NCBI GenBank assembly: GCA_963665325.3
Contig: CAXXWS020000002.1
Span: 32,001-96,000 of the forward strand
Direction of reading: 5' to 3'
Length of the DNA: 64,000 bases
DNA from: Alphaproteobacteria bacterium
GTDB lineage: Bacteria; Pseudomonadota; Alphaproteobacteria; Bin95
The translations under genes were made by a program, and so were the position numbers. This document shows positions 1-10,723 of the stretch, piece after piece. A model generated the notes under the pieces. That model saw only the letters and a program-made list of their open reading frames with translations. It ran no database searches and was not told the origin of the DNA. The stretch's first letter is position 1, and the number at the start of each line of letters is the position of its first letter.

Positions 1-1
1 C

Positions 2-2773
2 GGCCTGCCGCTGATCATCCGCCCGTCGTTCACGCTCGGCGGGACCGGCGGGGGCGTCGCCTTCAACCCGGAGGAATTCGAGAACATCGTCCAGGGCGGC
101 CTGGACGCCTCGCCCGTCGGTGAGGTGCTGGTCGAGGAGTCTGTTCTCGGCTGGAAGGAATACGAGATGGAGGTAGTCCGCGACCGGGCGGACAACTGCA
201 TCATCGTGTGCTCCATCGAGAACGTCGATCCGATGGGCGTGCATACCGGCGATTCGGTGACGGTCGCGCCGGCGCTGACGCTAACCGACAAGGAATACCA
301 GCTGCTGCGCGACGCCTCGATCGCCTGCCTACGCAAGATCGGCGTCGATACCGGCGGCTCGAACGTCCAGTTCGCCGTCAATCCCGAGGACGGCCGGCTG
401 GTCGTGATCGAGATGAATCCGCGCGTCTCGCGCTCATCGGCGCTTGCGTCGAAGGCGACAGGCTTTCCCATCGCTAAGGTCGCGGCCAGGCTCGCGGTCG
501 GCTACACGCTCGACGAGCTGCAGAACGACATCACGCGCACGACGCCGGCCTCCTTCGAGCCGGTCATCGACTATGTCGTCACCAAGGTGCCGCGCTTCAC
601 CTTCGAGAAGTTCCCGGGTGCGGAGCCGCTTCTCACAACCTCGATGAAATCGGTCGGCGAGGCGATGGCCATTGGGCGCTGTTTTGCGGAGTCGCTACAA
701 AAGGCGCTGCGGTCCATGGAAACGGGGCTGACCGGGCTCAATGAGATCGAGATTCCCGGCGCACCGGCAGTGGACGACATCGTACAGCTTCTGTCTGAGC
801 CCAGGCCCGACCGCCTGCTGGTGATTGCCCAGGCTTTCCGCCACGGCCTCGACCGGGAACGCATACGCCGGGCCTGCCAGTTCGATCCCTGGTTCCTGGA
901 GCAGATCGAGGCGCTGGTGCGCGCGGAGGAGGAGTTGCGCGCTTCGGGCCTGCCGGAGACCGCGCAGGGCCTCCAGGCGGTCAAGCGCCTCGGCTTTTCG
1001 GACGCACGCCTCGGCGAATTGACGGGGCTTGCCGAGGCCGATGTTGCGGCCCGGCGCCGCGCGCTCGGCCTCGCGCCGGTTTACAAGCGCATCGACACCT
1101 GCGCCGCCGAATTCGCCTCCGCGACGCCCTATATGTATTCGACCTGGGAAGGCACGGGGCTGGTGCCTGCCGAGTGCGAGGCCGATCCAGCCGAGCGCCG
1201 GAAGATCATAATCCTCGGGGGCGGCCCCAACCGCATCGGGCAGGGCATCGAGTTCGACTATTGCTGCGTCCACGCCGTGTTCGCGCTCCGTGAGGCCGGC
1301 TATGAGACCATCATGGTCAATTGCAACCCGGAGACCGTTTCGACCGACTACGACACGGCGGACCGGCTCTATTTCGAGCCGCTGACGGCCGAGGACGTCA
1401 TCGAGATCGCCCGGGTCGAACGGGCGCGCGGCGAGCTGGTCGGCGCCGTGGTGCAATTTGGCGGCCAGACGCCGCTCAAGCTCGCTTCGGCGCTGGCGGA
1501 GGCCGGCATTCCGATTCTCGGCACCTCGCCCGACGCGATCGACCTCGCCGAGGACCGCGAACGTTTCCAGGGCCTGCTCTCGGAGTTGGGCCTCACCCAG
1601 CCCGAAAACGGCGTTGCCACCTCCGCCGGGGAAGCGGCCGCGATTGCCGGGCGGATCGGCTATCCGGTGTTGCTCCGGCCGTCCTATGTGCTGGGCGGGC
1701 GGGCGATGGAGATCGTCCATGACCGGGTTGCGCTCGACCGCTACATCCGGGTTGCGGTGGAGGTCTCGGGCACGAGCCCGGTGCTGGTGGACCGCTATCT
1801 GCGCGACGCGACCGAGGTCGATGTCGATGCGCTCTGCGACGGCCGGAACGTGGTCGTCGCCGGCGTGATGCAGCACATCGAGGAAGCGGGCGTGCATTCT
1901 GGCGATTCGGCCTGCTCGCTGCCGCCGCACTCGCTCATCCCCGGGACCGTCGCCGAGATCGAGCGCCAGACCGGGGCGCTGGCCCGCGCGCTCGGCGTGG
2001 TCGGCCTGATGAATGTGCAGTTCGCCGTCACGCACGGGCCGGAGGAAGACCGGATCTACATCCTGGAGGTGAATCCCCGCGCCAGCCGGACGGTTCCGTT
2101 CGTCGCCAAGGCCACGGGCATGCCGGTCGCCAAGATCGCTGCGCGGCTGATGGCAGGGGAGCCGCTCGCCGCGTTTCCCCGGCCGGTTGCGCGCGGGCAT
2201 ATCGCGGTCAAGGAAGCGGTCTTCCCCTTTGCGCGGTTCCCCGGCGTGGATACCGTGCTCGGTCCGGAGATGAAATCGACCGGCGAGGTGATGGGCATCG
2301 ACACGGATTTCGCCCGCGCTTACGCCAAGGCCCAGCTCGGCGCCGGCGTGACGCTCCCGGGCGGCGGCACGGCGTTCGTCTCGGTGCGCGACAGCGACAA
2401 GGCGGGCGCGGTCGAGGTCGCCCGGATGCTTGCCGCCAGCGGATTCCGGCTGATCGCGACCGGCGGCACGGCTCGCGTTCTCGAAGCCGAAGGGCTGGAA
2501 GTCCATGTCGTCAAGAAGGTGCTTGAAGGGCGGCCGCATATCGTGGACGCCATCAAGAGCGGCGAGGTGCAACTGGTCATCAACACGACGGAGGGCGTGG
2601 CCGCGCTCCGCGACAGCTACAGCCTGCGCCGAGAGACGCTGAACCGCCGCGTGCCTTACTTCACGACGCTTGCGGGCGCCCATGCCGCCGCCCGCGCCAT
2701 CGCTGCGGTCGAGGCCGCCCACCTTGAAGTAGCCCCCTTGCAGTCCTATTTTGATGGGTCGTTCCGGCTCTGA
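2..2773 (+). CDS. carB: Carbamoyl-phosphate synthase large subunit (5'-truncated by window edge)
   Basis: Frame open from position 2 ([18 protein letters not shown]); motifs [37 protein letters not shown]-terminal MGS domain; followed by greA as in other alphaproteobacteria. Confidence 0.98.
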   Translation, partial: GLPLIIRPSFTLGGTGGGVAFNPEEFENIVQGGLDASPVGEVLVEESVLGWKEYEMEVVRDRADNCIIVCSIENVDPMGVHTGDSVTVAPALTLTDKEYQLLRDASIACLRKIGVDTGGSNVQFAVNPEDGRLVVIEMNPRVSRSSALASKATGFPIAKVAARLAVGYTLDELQNDITRTTPASFEPVIDYVVTKVPRFTFEKFPGAEPLLTTSMKSVGEAMAIGRCFAESLQKALRSMETGLTGLNEIEIPGAPAVDDIVQLLSEPRPDRLLVIAQAFRHGLDRERIRRACQFDPWFLEQIEALVRAEEELRASGLPETAQGLQAVKRLGFSDARLGELTGLAEADVAARRRALGLAPVYKRIDTCAAEFASATPYMYSTWEGTGLVPAECEADPAERRKIIILGGGPNRIGQGIEFDYCCVHAVFALREAGYETIMVNCNPETVSTDYDTADRLYFEPLTAEDVIEIARVERARGELVGAVVQFGGQTPLKLASALAEAGIPILGTSPDAIDLAEDRERFQGLLSELGLTQPENGVATSAGEAAAIAGRIGYPVLLRPSYVLGGRAMEIVHDRVALDRYIRVAVEVSGTSPVLVDRYLRDATEVDVDALCDGRNVVVAGVMQHIEEAGVHSGDSACSLPPHSLIPGTVAEIERQTGALARALGVVGLMNVQFAVTHGPEEDRIYILEVNPRASRTVPFVAKATGMPVAKIAARLMAGEPLAAFPRPVARGHIAVKEAVFPFARFPGVDTVLGPEMKSTGEVMGIDTDFARAYAKAQLGAGVTLPGGGTAFVSVRDSDKAGAVEVARMLAASGFRLIATGGTARVLEAEGLEVHVVKKVLEGRPHIVDAIKSGEVQLVINTTEGVAALRDSYSLRRETLNRRVPYFTTLAGAHAAARAIAAVEAAHLEVAPLQSYFDGSFRL

Positions 2774-2796
2774 TTCGATGTTTTGCGCAAGGGAAA

Positions 2797-3279
2797 ATGG
2801 CTGAGATGGACAAGGTGCCGATGACGCCCGAAGGCTATCGCCGGCTGGAGGAGGAATTGCGCCGCCTGAGGACCGTCGAGCGGCCTGCCGTCGTCCGGGC
2901 GATTGCCCAGGCGCGCGAGCACGGGGACCTTTCCGAAAACGCCGAATACCACGCGGCCCGCGAGCGGCAGTCCTTCATCGAGGGCCGTATGGCGGAGCTT
3001 GAGGACAAGGTCTCCCGGGCCGAGGTGATCGACCCGGCCCAGGTCTCGGGCGACAAGGTGATGTTCAGCGCGCAGGTGACCGTGGTGGACGAGGAGAACG
3101 ACGAGGAAGCCAGCTACCGCATCGTCGGCCAGGACGAGAGCGATATTGCGGAGGGCCGCCTCTCGGTCGCTTCGCCGATGGCGCGCGCGATGATCGGTAA
3201 GTCGGTCGGCGACCAGATCGAGGTCGATGCTCCGGGCGGGGCGCGCTACTACGAAATCGTGAAGATCGACTACGCCTGA
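2797..3279 (+). CDS. greA: Transcription elongation factor GreA
   Basis: AREHGDLSENAEYHAARERQ and SVASPMARAMIGK motifs. Confidence 0.97.
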   Translation: MAEMDKVPMTPEGYRRLEEELRRLRTVERPAVVRAIAQAREHGDLSENAEYHAARERQSFIEGRMAELEDKVSRAEVIDPAQVSGDKVMFSAQVTVVDEENDEEASYRIVGQDESDIAEGRLSVASPMARAMIGKSVGDQIEVDAPGGARYYEIVKIDYA

Positions 3280-3298
3280 GCCGGCGGCGCGGGACCCC

Positions 3299-5572
3299 GT
3301 GTCCTCCGGCGCGAGAGGAACGGTCGGCCGGCCGGTCGTCCGCAAGGAGGACTTCCGCCTGCTGACAGGGCAGGGGCGGTTCACCGACGACGTGGCGCGC
3401 CAGGACGGCGAAGCGGCGATGCATATCCTGCGGAGCCCGCATGCCCACGCCCGCATCCGCAGCATCGACACGAGTGCCGCGCAGGCCATGCCCGGCGTGC
3501 TGGCGGTGCTGACCGGCCTCGATGCGCGCGCCGAAGGCTTTGCCGACATTCCGCACGATCCTCTTCCCAAGACGCGCAACGACCTGGCGCTGACCGGCCC
3601 CGGCGGCTCGGAGGTCTTTATCGGTGCTCATCCGCTGCTGCCGCGTGACAAGGCGCGCTATGTCGGCGAGGCGGTTGCGGCGGTGGTTGCCGGGACGCCG
3701 GCGCTCGCTGCCGATGCAGCGGAGCGGATCGGTGTCGATTGGGAGCCTCTGCCGGCCGTGACGGACACCCGCGAGGCGGCGGCGTCCGGTTCGCCGCTCG
3801 TCTGGGACGGCCGCGCGGACAATGTGCTGGTCGATTGCCGATTCGGAGATGAGGAGCGCGTAGCGGCGGCCTTCGCCCGCGCCGCGCATGTCGTCGAGTT
3901 CGAGGCGCATTTGCCGAGGGTTGCCGGCGCGCCGCTGGAGCCCCGCGCGGCCCTTGGGACATTCGATGCCGGGACCGGGCGTTACACCCTTTACGCCGGC
4001 TCGGGCGGCGCGGTGCGCCACAAGGGAGAACTGGCGGTGGTGCTCGGAATCGACCCCGACCGGCTGCGGGTTGTCTGTGGCGATGTCGGCGGCAATTTCG
4101 GGGTGCGCAACCGCGTCTATGTCGAGTTCGGCATCGTGTTGTGGGCGGCCCGACTGACCGGAAGGCCGGTGCGCTGGGTCGCCAGCCGGTCCGAGGCGAT
4201 GGTGAGCGACTACCAGGGCCGCGACCTGGTTTCCCGCGCGGCGCTCGCGCTCGATGCGAACGGGCGCTTCCTCGCCTTGAAGGCGGACAATATCTCCAAT
4301 GTGGGCGCACGCTGCGTCTCCCTCTCTCCGCTCGGCAAGGGCGCCATTCTGGTGACCGGCTCCTACGACATTCCGGCGGCGGCCCTGCGCGCGCGGGCGG
4401 TGTTCAGCCATACCGTGCCGACTCAGGCCTACCGCTCTTCCGGGCGCCCGGAAGTCTGCTTCGTCATAGAGCGGCTGGTGGACAGTGCGGCGCGCAAGCT
4501 GGGTGTGGACCCGGCGGCGCTGCGCCGCACGAACCTCGTGCGCTCCTTCCCTTACCGGAATGCGCTGGGTGCGGTTTATGACAGCGGTGACTACGAAGCG
4601 GCTCTGGGCAAGGCGCTCGCGCTCTCCGATGAAGCGGGCTTTCCGGTCCGGAAGGCGGCGGCGGAAGCGCGCGGCCGCAGGTACGGGCGCGGTATCGCGC
4701 ATTATGTCGAATCCTCTATCGGGTCGCCGCGCGAACAGGCCGAACTGGTCCTCGCCGGAGACGGCCGGCTGCAAGTGCTGATCGGGACGCAGCCGAGCGG
4801 ACAGGGCCACGAAACCGCCTTTGCACAGGTGGCGGCGGACGCGCTCGGCATCCCCTTCGAACGCATCGACGTGGTGACGGGTGACACTGATCTCATCCAT
4901 ATCGGCGGGGGCTCGCATTCGGGCCGGTCGATGCGCATGGCGGGCGAGGTCATCCGGCTGGCGGCCGAAGACCTCATCGAAGCCGCGCGCCCGGTCGCCG
5001 CGCGCCGGCTGGCGAGCAACGATATCGCCTACCGGGCCGGCGGTTTCGACGGGCCGTCGGGACGGGTCGAGCTGGTTGCGCTCGGGCCGCTCGGCGTGCG
5101 GCGCGAAAACCTGTTCGAGCCGGCGGTCTATCCGAACGGCTGCCATGTCGCCGAGGTCGAAATCGATCCCGGGACGGGGGCCGTGCGTCTCGCACGCTAC
5201 GCTGCCGTCGACGATGTGGGCCGGGCGGTCAACCCGATGATCGTCGAGGGCCAGACCCACGGCGCCGCCGTGCAGGGTATCGGCCAGGCGCTGCTGGAGG
5301 AGGTCGTCTGGGATGGAGCCGGCCAGCCGCTTGCAGGCTCCTTCATGGACTATGCGATGCCGCGCGCGGACGACCTGCCGGCCTTCGCGGTCGCCCTCCA
5401 CGAAATTCCGTCGCCCACCAATGCGCTCGGCGTCAAGGCAGGGGGCGAGGGCGGGGCGGTGCCGGCGCCCGCTGCTGTCTTCAACGCCGTGGACGACGCG
5501 TTCGGCAGCGCGAATGCCCTTCCGATGCCGCTCGGCCGCCATTTTCGGCCTGCGCCCGCGAAGGACGAATGA
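3299..5572 (+). CDS. Xanthine dehydrogenase/CoxL-family molybdopterin-binding subunit
   Basis: RKEDFRLLTGQGRFTDD, LRSPHAHARI, VGGNFG, GQGHET, GVKAGGEGG motifs; active-site loop AYRSSGR. Confidence 0.92.
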   Translation: MSSGARGTVGRPVVRKEDFRLLTGQGRFTDDVARQDGEAAMHILRSPHAHARIRSIDTSAAQAMPGVLAVLTGLDARAEGFADIPHDPLPKTRNDLALTGPGGSEVFIGAHPLLPRDKARYVGEAVAAVVAGTPALAADAAERIGVDWEPLPAVTDTREAAASGSPLVWDGRADNVLVDCRFGDEERVAAAFARAAHVVEFEAHLPRVAGAPLEPRAALGTFDAGTGRYTLYAGSGGAVRHKGELAVVLGIDPDRLRVVCGDVGGNFGVRNRVYVEFGIVLWAARLTGRPVRWVASRSEAMVSDYQGRDLVSRAALALDANGRFLALKADNISNVGARCVSLSPLGKGAILVTGSYDIPAAALRARAVFSHTVPTQAYRSSGRPEVCFVIERLVDSAARKLGVDPAALRRTNLVRSFPYRNALGAVYDSGDYEAALGKALALSDEAGFPVRKAAAEARGRRYGRGIAHYVESSIGSPREQAELVLAGDGRLQVLIGTQPSGQGHETAFAQVAADALGIPFERIDVVTGDTDLIHIGGGSHSGRSMRMAGEVIRLAAEDLIEAARPVAARRLASNDIAYRAGGFDGPSGRVELVALGPLGVRRENLFEPAVYPNGCHVAEVEIDPGTGAVRLARYAAVDDVGRAVNPMIVEGQTHGAAVQGIGQALLEEVVWDGAGQPLAGSFMDYAMPRADDLPAFAVALHEIPSPTNALGVKAGGEGGAVPAPAAVFNAVDDAFGSANALPMPLGRHFRPAPAKDE

Positions 5573-5722
5573 CCGGGGAGGACGATGTTGCATTTCGCGG
5601 TCGCGGGGCCGCACCCTTACCCTCGTTTCGTGGGAGACCATGAACGCGTCGGCAATGCTACAAATGCCGGACGGGCGAACGGATCGTACCGGGCGCCTGC
5701 AACCGGAAAGGAGAGGCCGGAC

Positions 5723-6763
5723 GTGTTTACCGACCGCATAGAGGAACGCTGGATCGCCGCGTTCGACACCGTCTTCGGCCTGTGCAAGGTCGAGAAGGGC
5801 GAGGAAGTCGCGATCCTTTCGGAAACCCAGTCGCGGCGGCTCAATGTCGAACTGGCCGAACTCGCGCTGCTCCGGCGCGGCGCGCGGCCGTTCCATGTCA
5901 CGGTCGTTTCCCCGCCGCAGACCGCCCCCGTGCCGGTGCGCTCGACCGGCTCGTCGGCCGCTCTGCAGGGGCTGGGCCCGGCGATCAGGGCGCTTGCCGC
6001 CAGTTCGCTCGTCGTCGATGTGACGGTGGAGGGGATGCTCCATGCGCCGGAGCTTCCTGAAATCATCTCGGAGGGCGCGCGGCTCCTGATGGTCAGCAAC
6101 GAGCACCCGGATGCCCTGGAACGCCTGTTGCCCGACCCGGCGCTCACCGAGCGCGTCAAGGCGGCGGTCAAGCAGGTTCGGGCGGCGAAGGAGATGCGCG
6201 TGACCTCCGCCGCCGGCTCCGACCTCACCGTCGCGCTGGAGGGCGCGCCGAGCGCCGGAGTCTGGGGCTATTGCGACCGGCCGAGGACGGTCGCCCACTG
6301 GCCGGGCGGCATCGTCGTCGCTTTTCCTCCCGCCGGCTCCGTCCAGGGCCGGCTGGTGCTCGATACAGGCGACGTCAACCTGACCTTCAAGCGTTACCTG
6401 GAAGCACCAGTGGCGCTCACCATCGAGGACGACTACGTCACCGCCATCGAGGGCGAGGGCACCGATGCCGAGCTTTTCCGGCGCTACTGGGCTGCCTGGG
6501 ACGACCGTAACGCCTACGCCGCCTCGCATGTCGGATGGGGGCTGAACGAGGCGGCCCGCTACGAGGCGCTCGCCATGTATGACCAACGGGACTTCAACGG
6601 CACCGAAATCCGCGCGTTTGCCGGAAATTTCCTCTACTCGACCGGCGCCAACGAGTTCGCCAACCGCCACACGCTGGGTCATTTCGACCTGCCGATGCGG
6701 AACTGCACGGTGAGTCTCGACGGGGTGAACGTCGTCGAGGCCGGCCGGCTGGTCGACGCCTGA
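5723..6763 (+). CDS. NicX-like (2,5-dihydroxypyridine dioxygenase / M29 aminopeptidase fold) protein
   Basis: SHVGWGLN, RAFAGNFLYSTGANE, HFDLPMRNCTV motifs resemble NicX; GTG start at 5723 after AAGGAGAGG preferred over 5585. Confidence 0.75.
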   Translation: MFTDRIEERWIAAFDTVFGLCKVEKGEEVAILSETQSRRLNVELAELALLRRGARPFHVTVVSPPQTAPVPVRSTGSSAALQGLGPAIRALAASSLVVDVTVEGMLHAPELPEIISEGARLLMVSNEHPDALERLLPDPALTERVKAAVKQVRAAKEMRVTSAAGSDLTVALEGAPSAGVWGYCDRPRTVAHWPGGIVVAFPPAGSVQGRLVLDTGDVNLTFKRYLEAPVALTIEDDYVTAIEGEGTDAELFRRYWAAWDDRNAYAASHVGWGLNEAARYEALAMYDQRDFNGTEIRAFAGNFLYSTGANEFANRHTLGHFDLPMRNCTVSLDGVNVVEAGRLVDA

Positions 6764-6782
6764 ACCAACGGGGGCATGACGC

Positions 6783-8039
6783 ATGGCTTCCAGGACCGAG
6801 CGGCGCGATGCGCCGATGTTCGACCCCGACTATTACGGGCTCACTGACGAACAGGCGGCGCTCTGCACGGCGGCCCGGGAGCTCGGCGAGGACAGGTTTG
6901 CGGCGCGCGCCGAGGAGTGGGACCGCGACGCGATCTTCCCGATGGCGAACTACAGGGACCTCCACGAGACGGGCCTGCTGGCGGTGTGCGTGCCGAAGGG
7001 GCACGGCGGGCACGGCGCCGACCTCAAGACCTATTCGCTGATGGCGGCGGAGATCGGCCGTTACTGCGGCTCGACGGCACTCACCTTCAACATGCATGTG
7101 AGCTCCTGCCTGTGGACCGGGGCGCTTGCCGACGACCTGCGGATGACCCGTGAGCAGCGGGACGAGCACAACCAGCGGCGCGCGATCCACTACGCCCGGA
7201 TCGTCGAGAAGGGGGCGATCTACGCCCAGCCGTTTTCCGAGGGCGGCGCGGCGGCCGCCGGCTTCCGGCCGTTCGGCACGCTGGCCGACCGGGTCGAGGA
7301 CGGTTGGGTGATAAACGGCAAGAAGATCTTCGCCTCGCTCGCCGGCTCGGCGGACTATTACGGCGTGCTCTGCACCGAGAAGAAGGAGAACCTGAGCCGC
7401 CGCGACACGATGTATTTCGCCGTCCCCGCCGATGCGGAGGGTGTGAGCGTGGTCGGCGACTGGGACCCGCTCGGCATGCGCGGGACGGTCTCGCGCAACC
7501 TCCTGTTCGAAAACGTGTTTGTGCCGGACGACGCGGCGCTGATGCCGAAGGGGATCTATTTCAAGGCGGCGACCCGCTGGCCGCACATGTTCACCACGCT
7601 CACCCCGAGCTACATGGGGATCGCTCAGGCGGCATACGATTTCACCGTCCGCTACCTGCGCGGCGAGGTGCCCGGCACGCCGCCGGTCAAGCGGCGCATG
7701 TACCCGACCAAGCAGCACGCCGTCGCGGAAATGCTGATCGCGCTGGAGCAGGCCAAGGCGCTCTGGTTCCAGATGCTCGGCGAGGCCCGCGCGAACCCGT
7801 CCAAGGCGTCGGTGCTCCGGGCCTACTGCACCCAGTACACGGTGATGGAGACGGCCAACGACCTCTGCCAGAAGGCGATCCGCACCTGCGGCGGGCAGTC
7901 GATGCTGAAGAGCCTGCCGCTGGAGCGGCTCTACCGGGACAGCCGCTGCGGATCGCTGATGCTGCCATGGACGGCGGAGCTGTGCATCGACAAGCTCGGC
8001 CGCGAGGCCCTCTACGAGCGCGGCGAGGACGATGAATGA
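6783..8039 (+). CDS. Acyl-CoA dehydrogenase family protein
   Basis: WVINGKKIFAS, WDPLGMRGTVS, LERLYRDSR motifs. Confidence 0.92.
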   Translation: MASRTERRDAPMFDPDYYGLTDEQAALCTAARELGEDRFAARAEEWDRDAIFPMANYRDLHETGLLAVCVPKGHGGHGADLKTYSLMAAEIGRYCGSTALTFNMHVSSCLWTGALADDLRMTREQRDEHNQRRAIHYARIVEKGAIYAQPFSEGGAAAAGFRPFGTLADRVEDGWVINGKKIFASLAGSADYYGVLCTEKKENLSRRDTMYFAVPADAEGVSVVGDWDPLGMRGTVSRNLLFENVFVPDDAALMPKGIYFKAATRWPHMFTTLTPSYMGIAQAAYDFTVRYLRGEVPGTPPVKRRMYPTKQHAVAEMLIALEQAKALWFQMLGEARANPSKASVLRAYCTQYTVMETANDLCQKAIRTCGGQSMLKSLPLERLYRDSRCGSLMLPWTAELCIDKLGREALYERGEDDE

Positions 8040-9532
8040 ACGACCTGTCCGCGTGGGTCGAGAAGAACGCAGCTTTCGCCCCGTCGAAGACCGCGATCCG
8101 CTTCGAGGGCGAGGACATCGACTATGCCCGTTTCGCGATGACGGTTCGCAGCCATGCGTGGGCGCTGGAGACCGTGCATGGCGTCGAGCGCGGCGACCGG
8201 GTCGCGTTCCTCGGCTTCAACAGCCCGGCGATGCTGGCGCTGTTCTTCGCCTGCGCGCGGATCGGCGCGATGTTCTCGCCGCTCAACTGGCGCCTGGCGG
8301 CGCCGGAACTCGCCTATATCCTCGGCGACTCCGCGCCCCGGATCCTGGTCGCTGACGGTGACCACGCGGACCTCGCGCGCGAGGCGGCTGCGGATTGCCC
8401 GGACACCGCCATCGTTCCAGTGGACAGGATCGCCCGGGACGCGGAGGGGGCAGCGGGCGAAGACCTCGACCGCGGGGCCGGGCCGGAGACTCCCTGCCTG
8501 CTGGTTTACACCTCGGGCACAACGGGCCACCCCAAGGGCGCGGTGCTCGACCAGCAGGCGATCCAGGTCAACGCTCTCAACTGCATTCACTATGCCGGGC
8601 TGACCGACGCCGACCGCGTTCTGACGGTGTTGCCGATGTTTCATGTGGGCGGGCTCAACATCCTCACCTCGCCTGCCTTCTATGTCGGGGGGACGGTGAT
8701 CCTGCACCGCCGATTCGAACCCGAGGCGACGCTCCGCGCGATCGTCGAGGAGCGCCCGACGCAACTCGTCCTGGTCCCGGCGACAATCCAGGCGGCGATC
8801 GACCATCCGGATTGGGCGGATACGGACCTTTCCAGCCTCCGGCTGCTCACCACCGGCTCCTCCATCGTGCCGCTGCATCTGATCGACGCGGTGCAGGCGC
8901 GCGGCATTCCCGTATGCCAGACCTACGGGCTGACGGAGACCGCTCCGGTCTCGATCTACCAGAAGCCCGGCGACGGCTTGCGCAAGCCCCGCTCGACCGG
9001 GAAATGCGGGCTCCACTGCGAGATGAAGATCGCCGACGACGACGGCAACGAAGTCCCGGTCGGCACCTCCGGCGAAATCCTGATCCGGGGCGGCAACGTC
9101 CTTCGCGAATACTGGAACAACGAGGAGGAGACGCGCCGCGCGCTCAAGGACGGCTGGTTCCATACCGGCGACGTGGCTTACCGCGACGAAGAGGGCGACG
9201 TGTTCGTTATCGACCGCAAGAAGGACATCGTGATCTCGGGCGGGGAGAACATCTACCCGGCGGAGATCGAGCAGTTGATCCATCGGATGGACGACATCGC
9301 GGATGTGGCGGTAGTGGGACGCGAGGACGCGAGGTGGGGCGAGGTGCCGGTAGCCGTCATCGTCCCCGCCCCGGGCGCGAGGATCGCGGCATCGGAGTTT
9401 CTCGCCCGCTTCGAGGGCCGGATCGCCCGCTTCAAGCACCCCAAGGACGTGCTGTTCCTCGACGCGCTCCCGAGGAACGCGATGGGCAAGACCCGCAAGC
9501 ACGAGCTGAGGGAGAGGGTGAAGCGGCGTTAG
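8036..9532 (+). CDS. AMP-dependent acyl-CoA synthetase/ligase
   Basis: YTSGTTGHPKG, YGLTE, GWFHTGD, SGGENIYPAEIE; ATGA overlap with upstream gene. Confidence 0.95.
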   Translation: MNDLSAWVEKNAAFAPSKTAIRFEGEDIDYARFAMTVRSHAWALETVHGVERGDRVAFLGFNSPAMLALFFACARIGAMFSPLNWRLAAPELAYILGDSAPRILVADGDHADLAREAAADCPDTAIVPVDRIARDAEGAAGEDLDRGAGPETPCLLVYTSGTTGHPKGAVLDQQAIQVNALNCIHYAGLTDADRVLTVLPMFHVGGLNILTSPAFYVGGTVILHRRFEPEATLRAIVEERPTQLVLVPATIQAAIDHPDWADTDLSSLRLLTTGSSIVPLHLIDAVQARGIPVCQTYGLTETAPVSIYQKPGDGLRKPRSTGKCGLHCEMKIADDDGNEVPVGTSGEILIRGGNVLREYWNNEEETRRALKDGWFHTGDVAYRDEEGDVFVIDRKKDIVISGGENIYPAEIEQLIHRMDDIADVAVVGREDARWGEVPVAVIVPAPGARIAASEFLARFEGRIARFKHPKDVLFLDALPRNAMGKTRKHELRERVKRR

Positions 9533-9674
9533 ACACCCCGGTTCCTGATTGATGGGTTAGGCGTGCTTCGCCGTAAGCCTCGATGCATGACGGCATCTGC
9601 CGATGGCTGCCGCGGGCGGACAGTGTTGAAAAACCGTTACTCCCGGCCCGATGGCGCCGGATACCGCACTACCC

Positions 9675-10349
9675 TTACCAGGGCAGAGAGCGGCCTTGCC
9701 AGTCCAGGAAGGTTCCGGACTGCCTGTCGGTGAGCCGGTCCGCGATACGGCGCATGCCGCGGGCGCTTTCCTGCGGCGAAACCGGGGCGGCCCTCCCGCC
9801 CATGTCCGTGGCGACGTGGCCCGGATGGAGAATGGCGACCCGCACCCGGCCGGCAAGTTCGAACGCAACGGTGCGGGCCGCCATGTTGAGCGCGGCCTTG
9901 GAGCTGCTGTAGGCGTAGCGGCGCACGCCCGCAGCCTGGGCGATGGAACCGAGCTGGCTGGTGACGAAAACCATGGTGCGCCGTTCGCTTGCGGCGACAT
10001 GCTCCGCGAAGGCGGCCGCGAGCACCACCGGCGCAATCGTGTTGACGCGCAGGCACCGTGCCCACTCGTCGGTGTCCAGCGGCCGGGCGAGCGAGCGGGT
10101 GTTGGGCGAGTCCACGCCCGCATTGTTCCAGAGCACGTCGATACGCTCGTCTCGCCAGCGCTCTGCGAGCGCGGCGATGGCGCCGTCGTCGGTGACATCG
10201 AGGCAAGCCGCATCGGCGATGCCATCGAGGCCGGTCAGTGCCGCGGGGTCGCGGCACACGGCCAGAACTCGCCAGCCGTCGGCCAGATACTGGCCTGCAA
10301 GGGCGCGGCCGATGCCGCGTGCCGCGCCGGTAATCAGGGCCGTGGGCAC
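9675..10349 (-). CDS. Short-chain dehydrogenase/reductase (CsgA-like)
   Basis: [28 protein letters not shown]. Confidence 0.9.
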   Translation of the reverse strand: MPTALITGAARGIGRALAGQYLADGWRVLAVCRDPAALTGLDGIADAACLDVTDDGAIAALAERWRDERIDVLWNNAGVDSPNTRSLARPLDTDEWARCLRVNTIAPVVLAAAFAEHVAASERRTMVFVTSQLGSIAQAAGVRRYAYSSSKAALNMAARTVAFELAGRVRVAILHPGHVATDMGGRAAPVSPQESARGMRRIADRLTDRQSGTFLDWQGRSLPW

Positions 10350-10723
10350 TGGGCCGTGACTTCGATCTCGATCTTCATGGCGGGATCGACCAGCCCGGCG
10401 ACGACGACCGCCGTGGCGGCCGGCCGGATGTCGCCGAAAACCTCTCCGAACACCGGCATGAGCGCGGCAAAGTCGGCGGCGTCGGTCAGGTAGTAGATGA
10501 CGCGCACGACATCCTCGAAGCCGGCGCCGGCCTCCGCCAGCGCGGCCTCGATAATTCCGAAGGCAAGGTGGGCCTGCTCGACGACATCATCAGGAATCGC
10601 ACCCGTCCCGGGGTCCGCACCGGTGGTACCCGCAACATGCACCCATCCGTCCTGCACCACGGCGCGGGAATAGCCGGCGGCCGCCTCGAAACGGCCGCCG
10701 GAGGAGATCAGCCGACGGGTCAC
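10334..10723 (-). CDS. RidA/YjgF family protein
   Basis: [25 protein letters not shown]. Confidence 0.92.
   Translation of the reverse strand: MTRRLISSGGRFEAAAGYSRAVVQDGWVHVAGTTGADPGTGAIPDDVVEQAHLAFGIIEAALAEAGAGFEDVVRVIYYLTDAADFAALMPVFGEVFGDIRPAATAVVVAGLVDPAMKIEIEVTAQCPRP

Noticed and set aside
3299-5572. Aerobic CO dehydrogenase coxL
   Set aside because: Lacks the AYxCSFR form I motif, and no coxM/coxS genes are adjacent.
3065-6784. Very long antisense ORFs (also 27867-31703 +, 46772-50959 -, 58698-61688 +)
   Set aside because: Shadow frames opposite well-supported genes, expected in high-GC DNA; no recognisable motifs.
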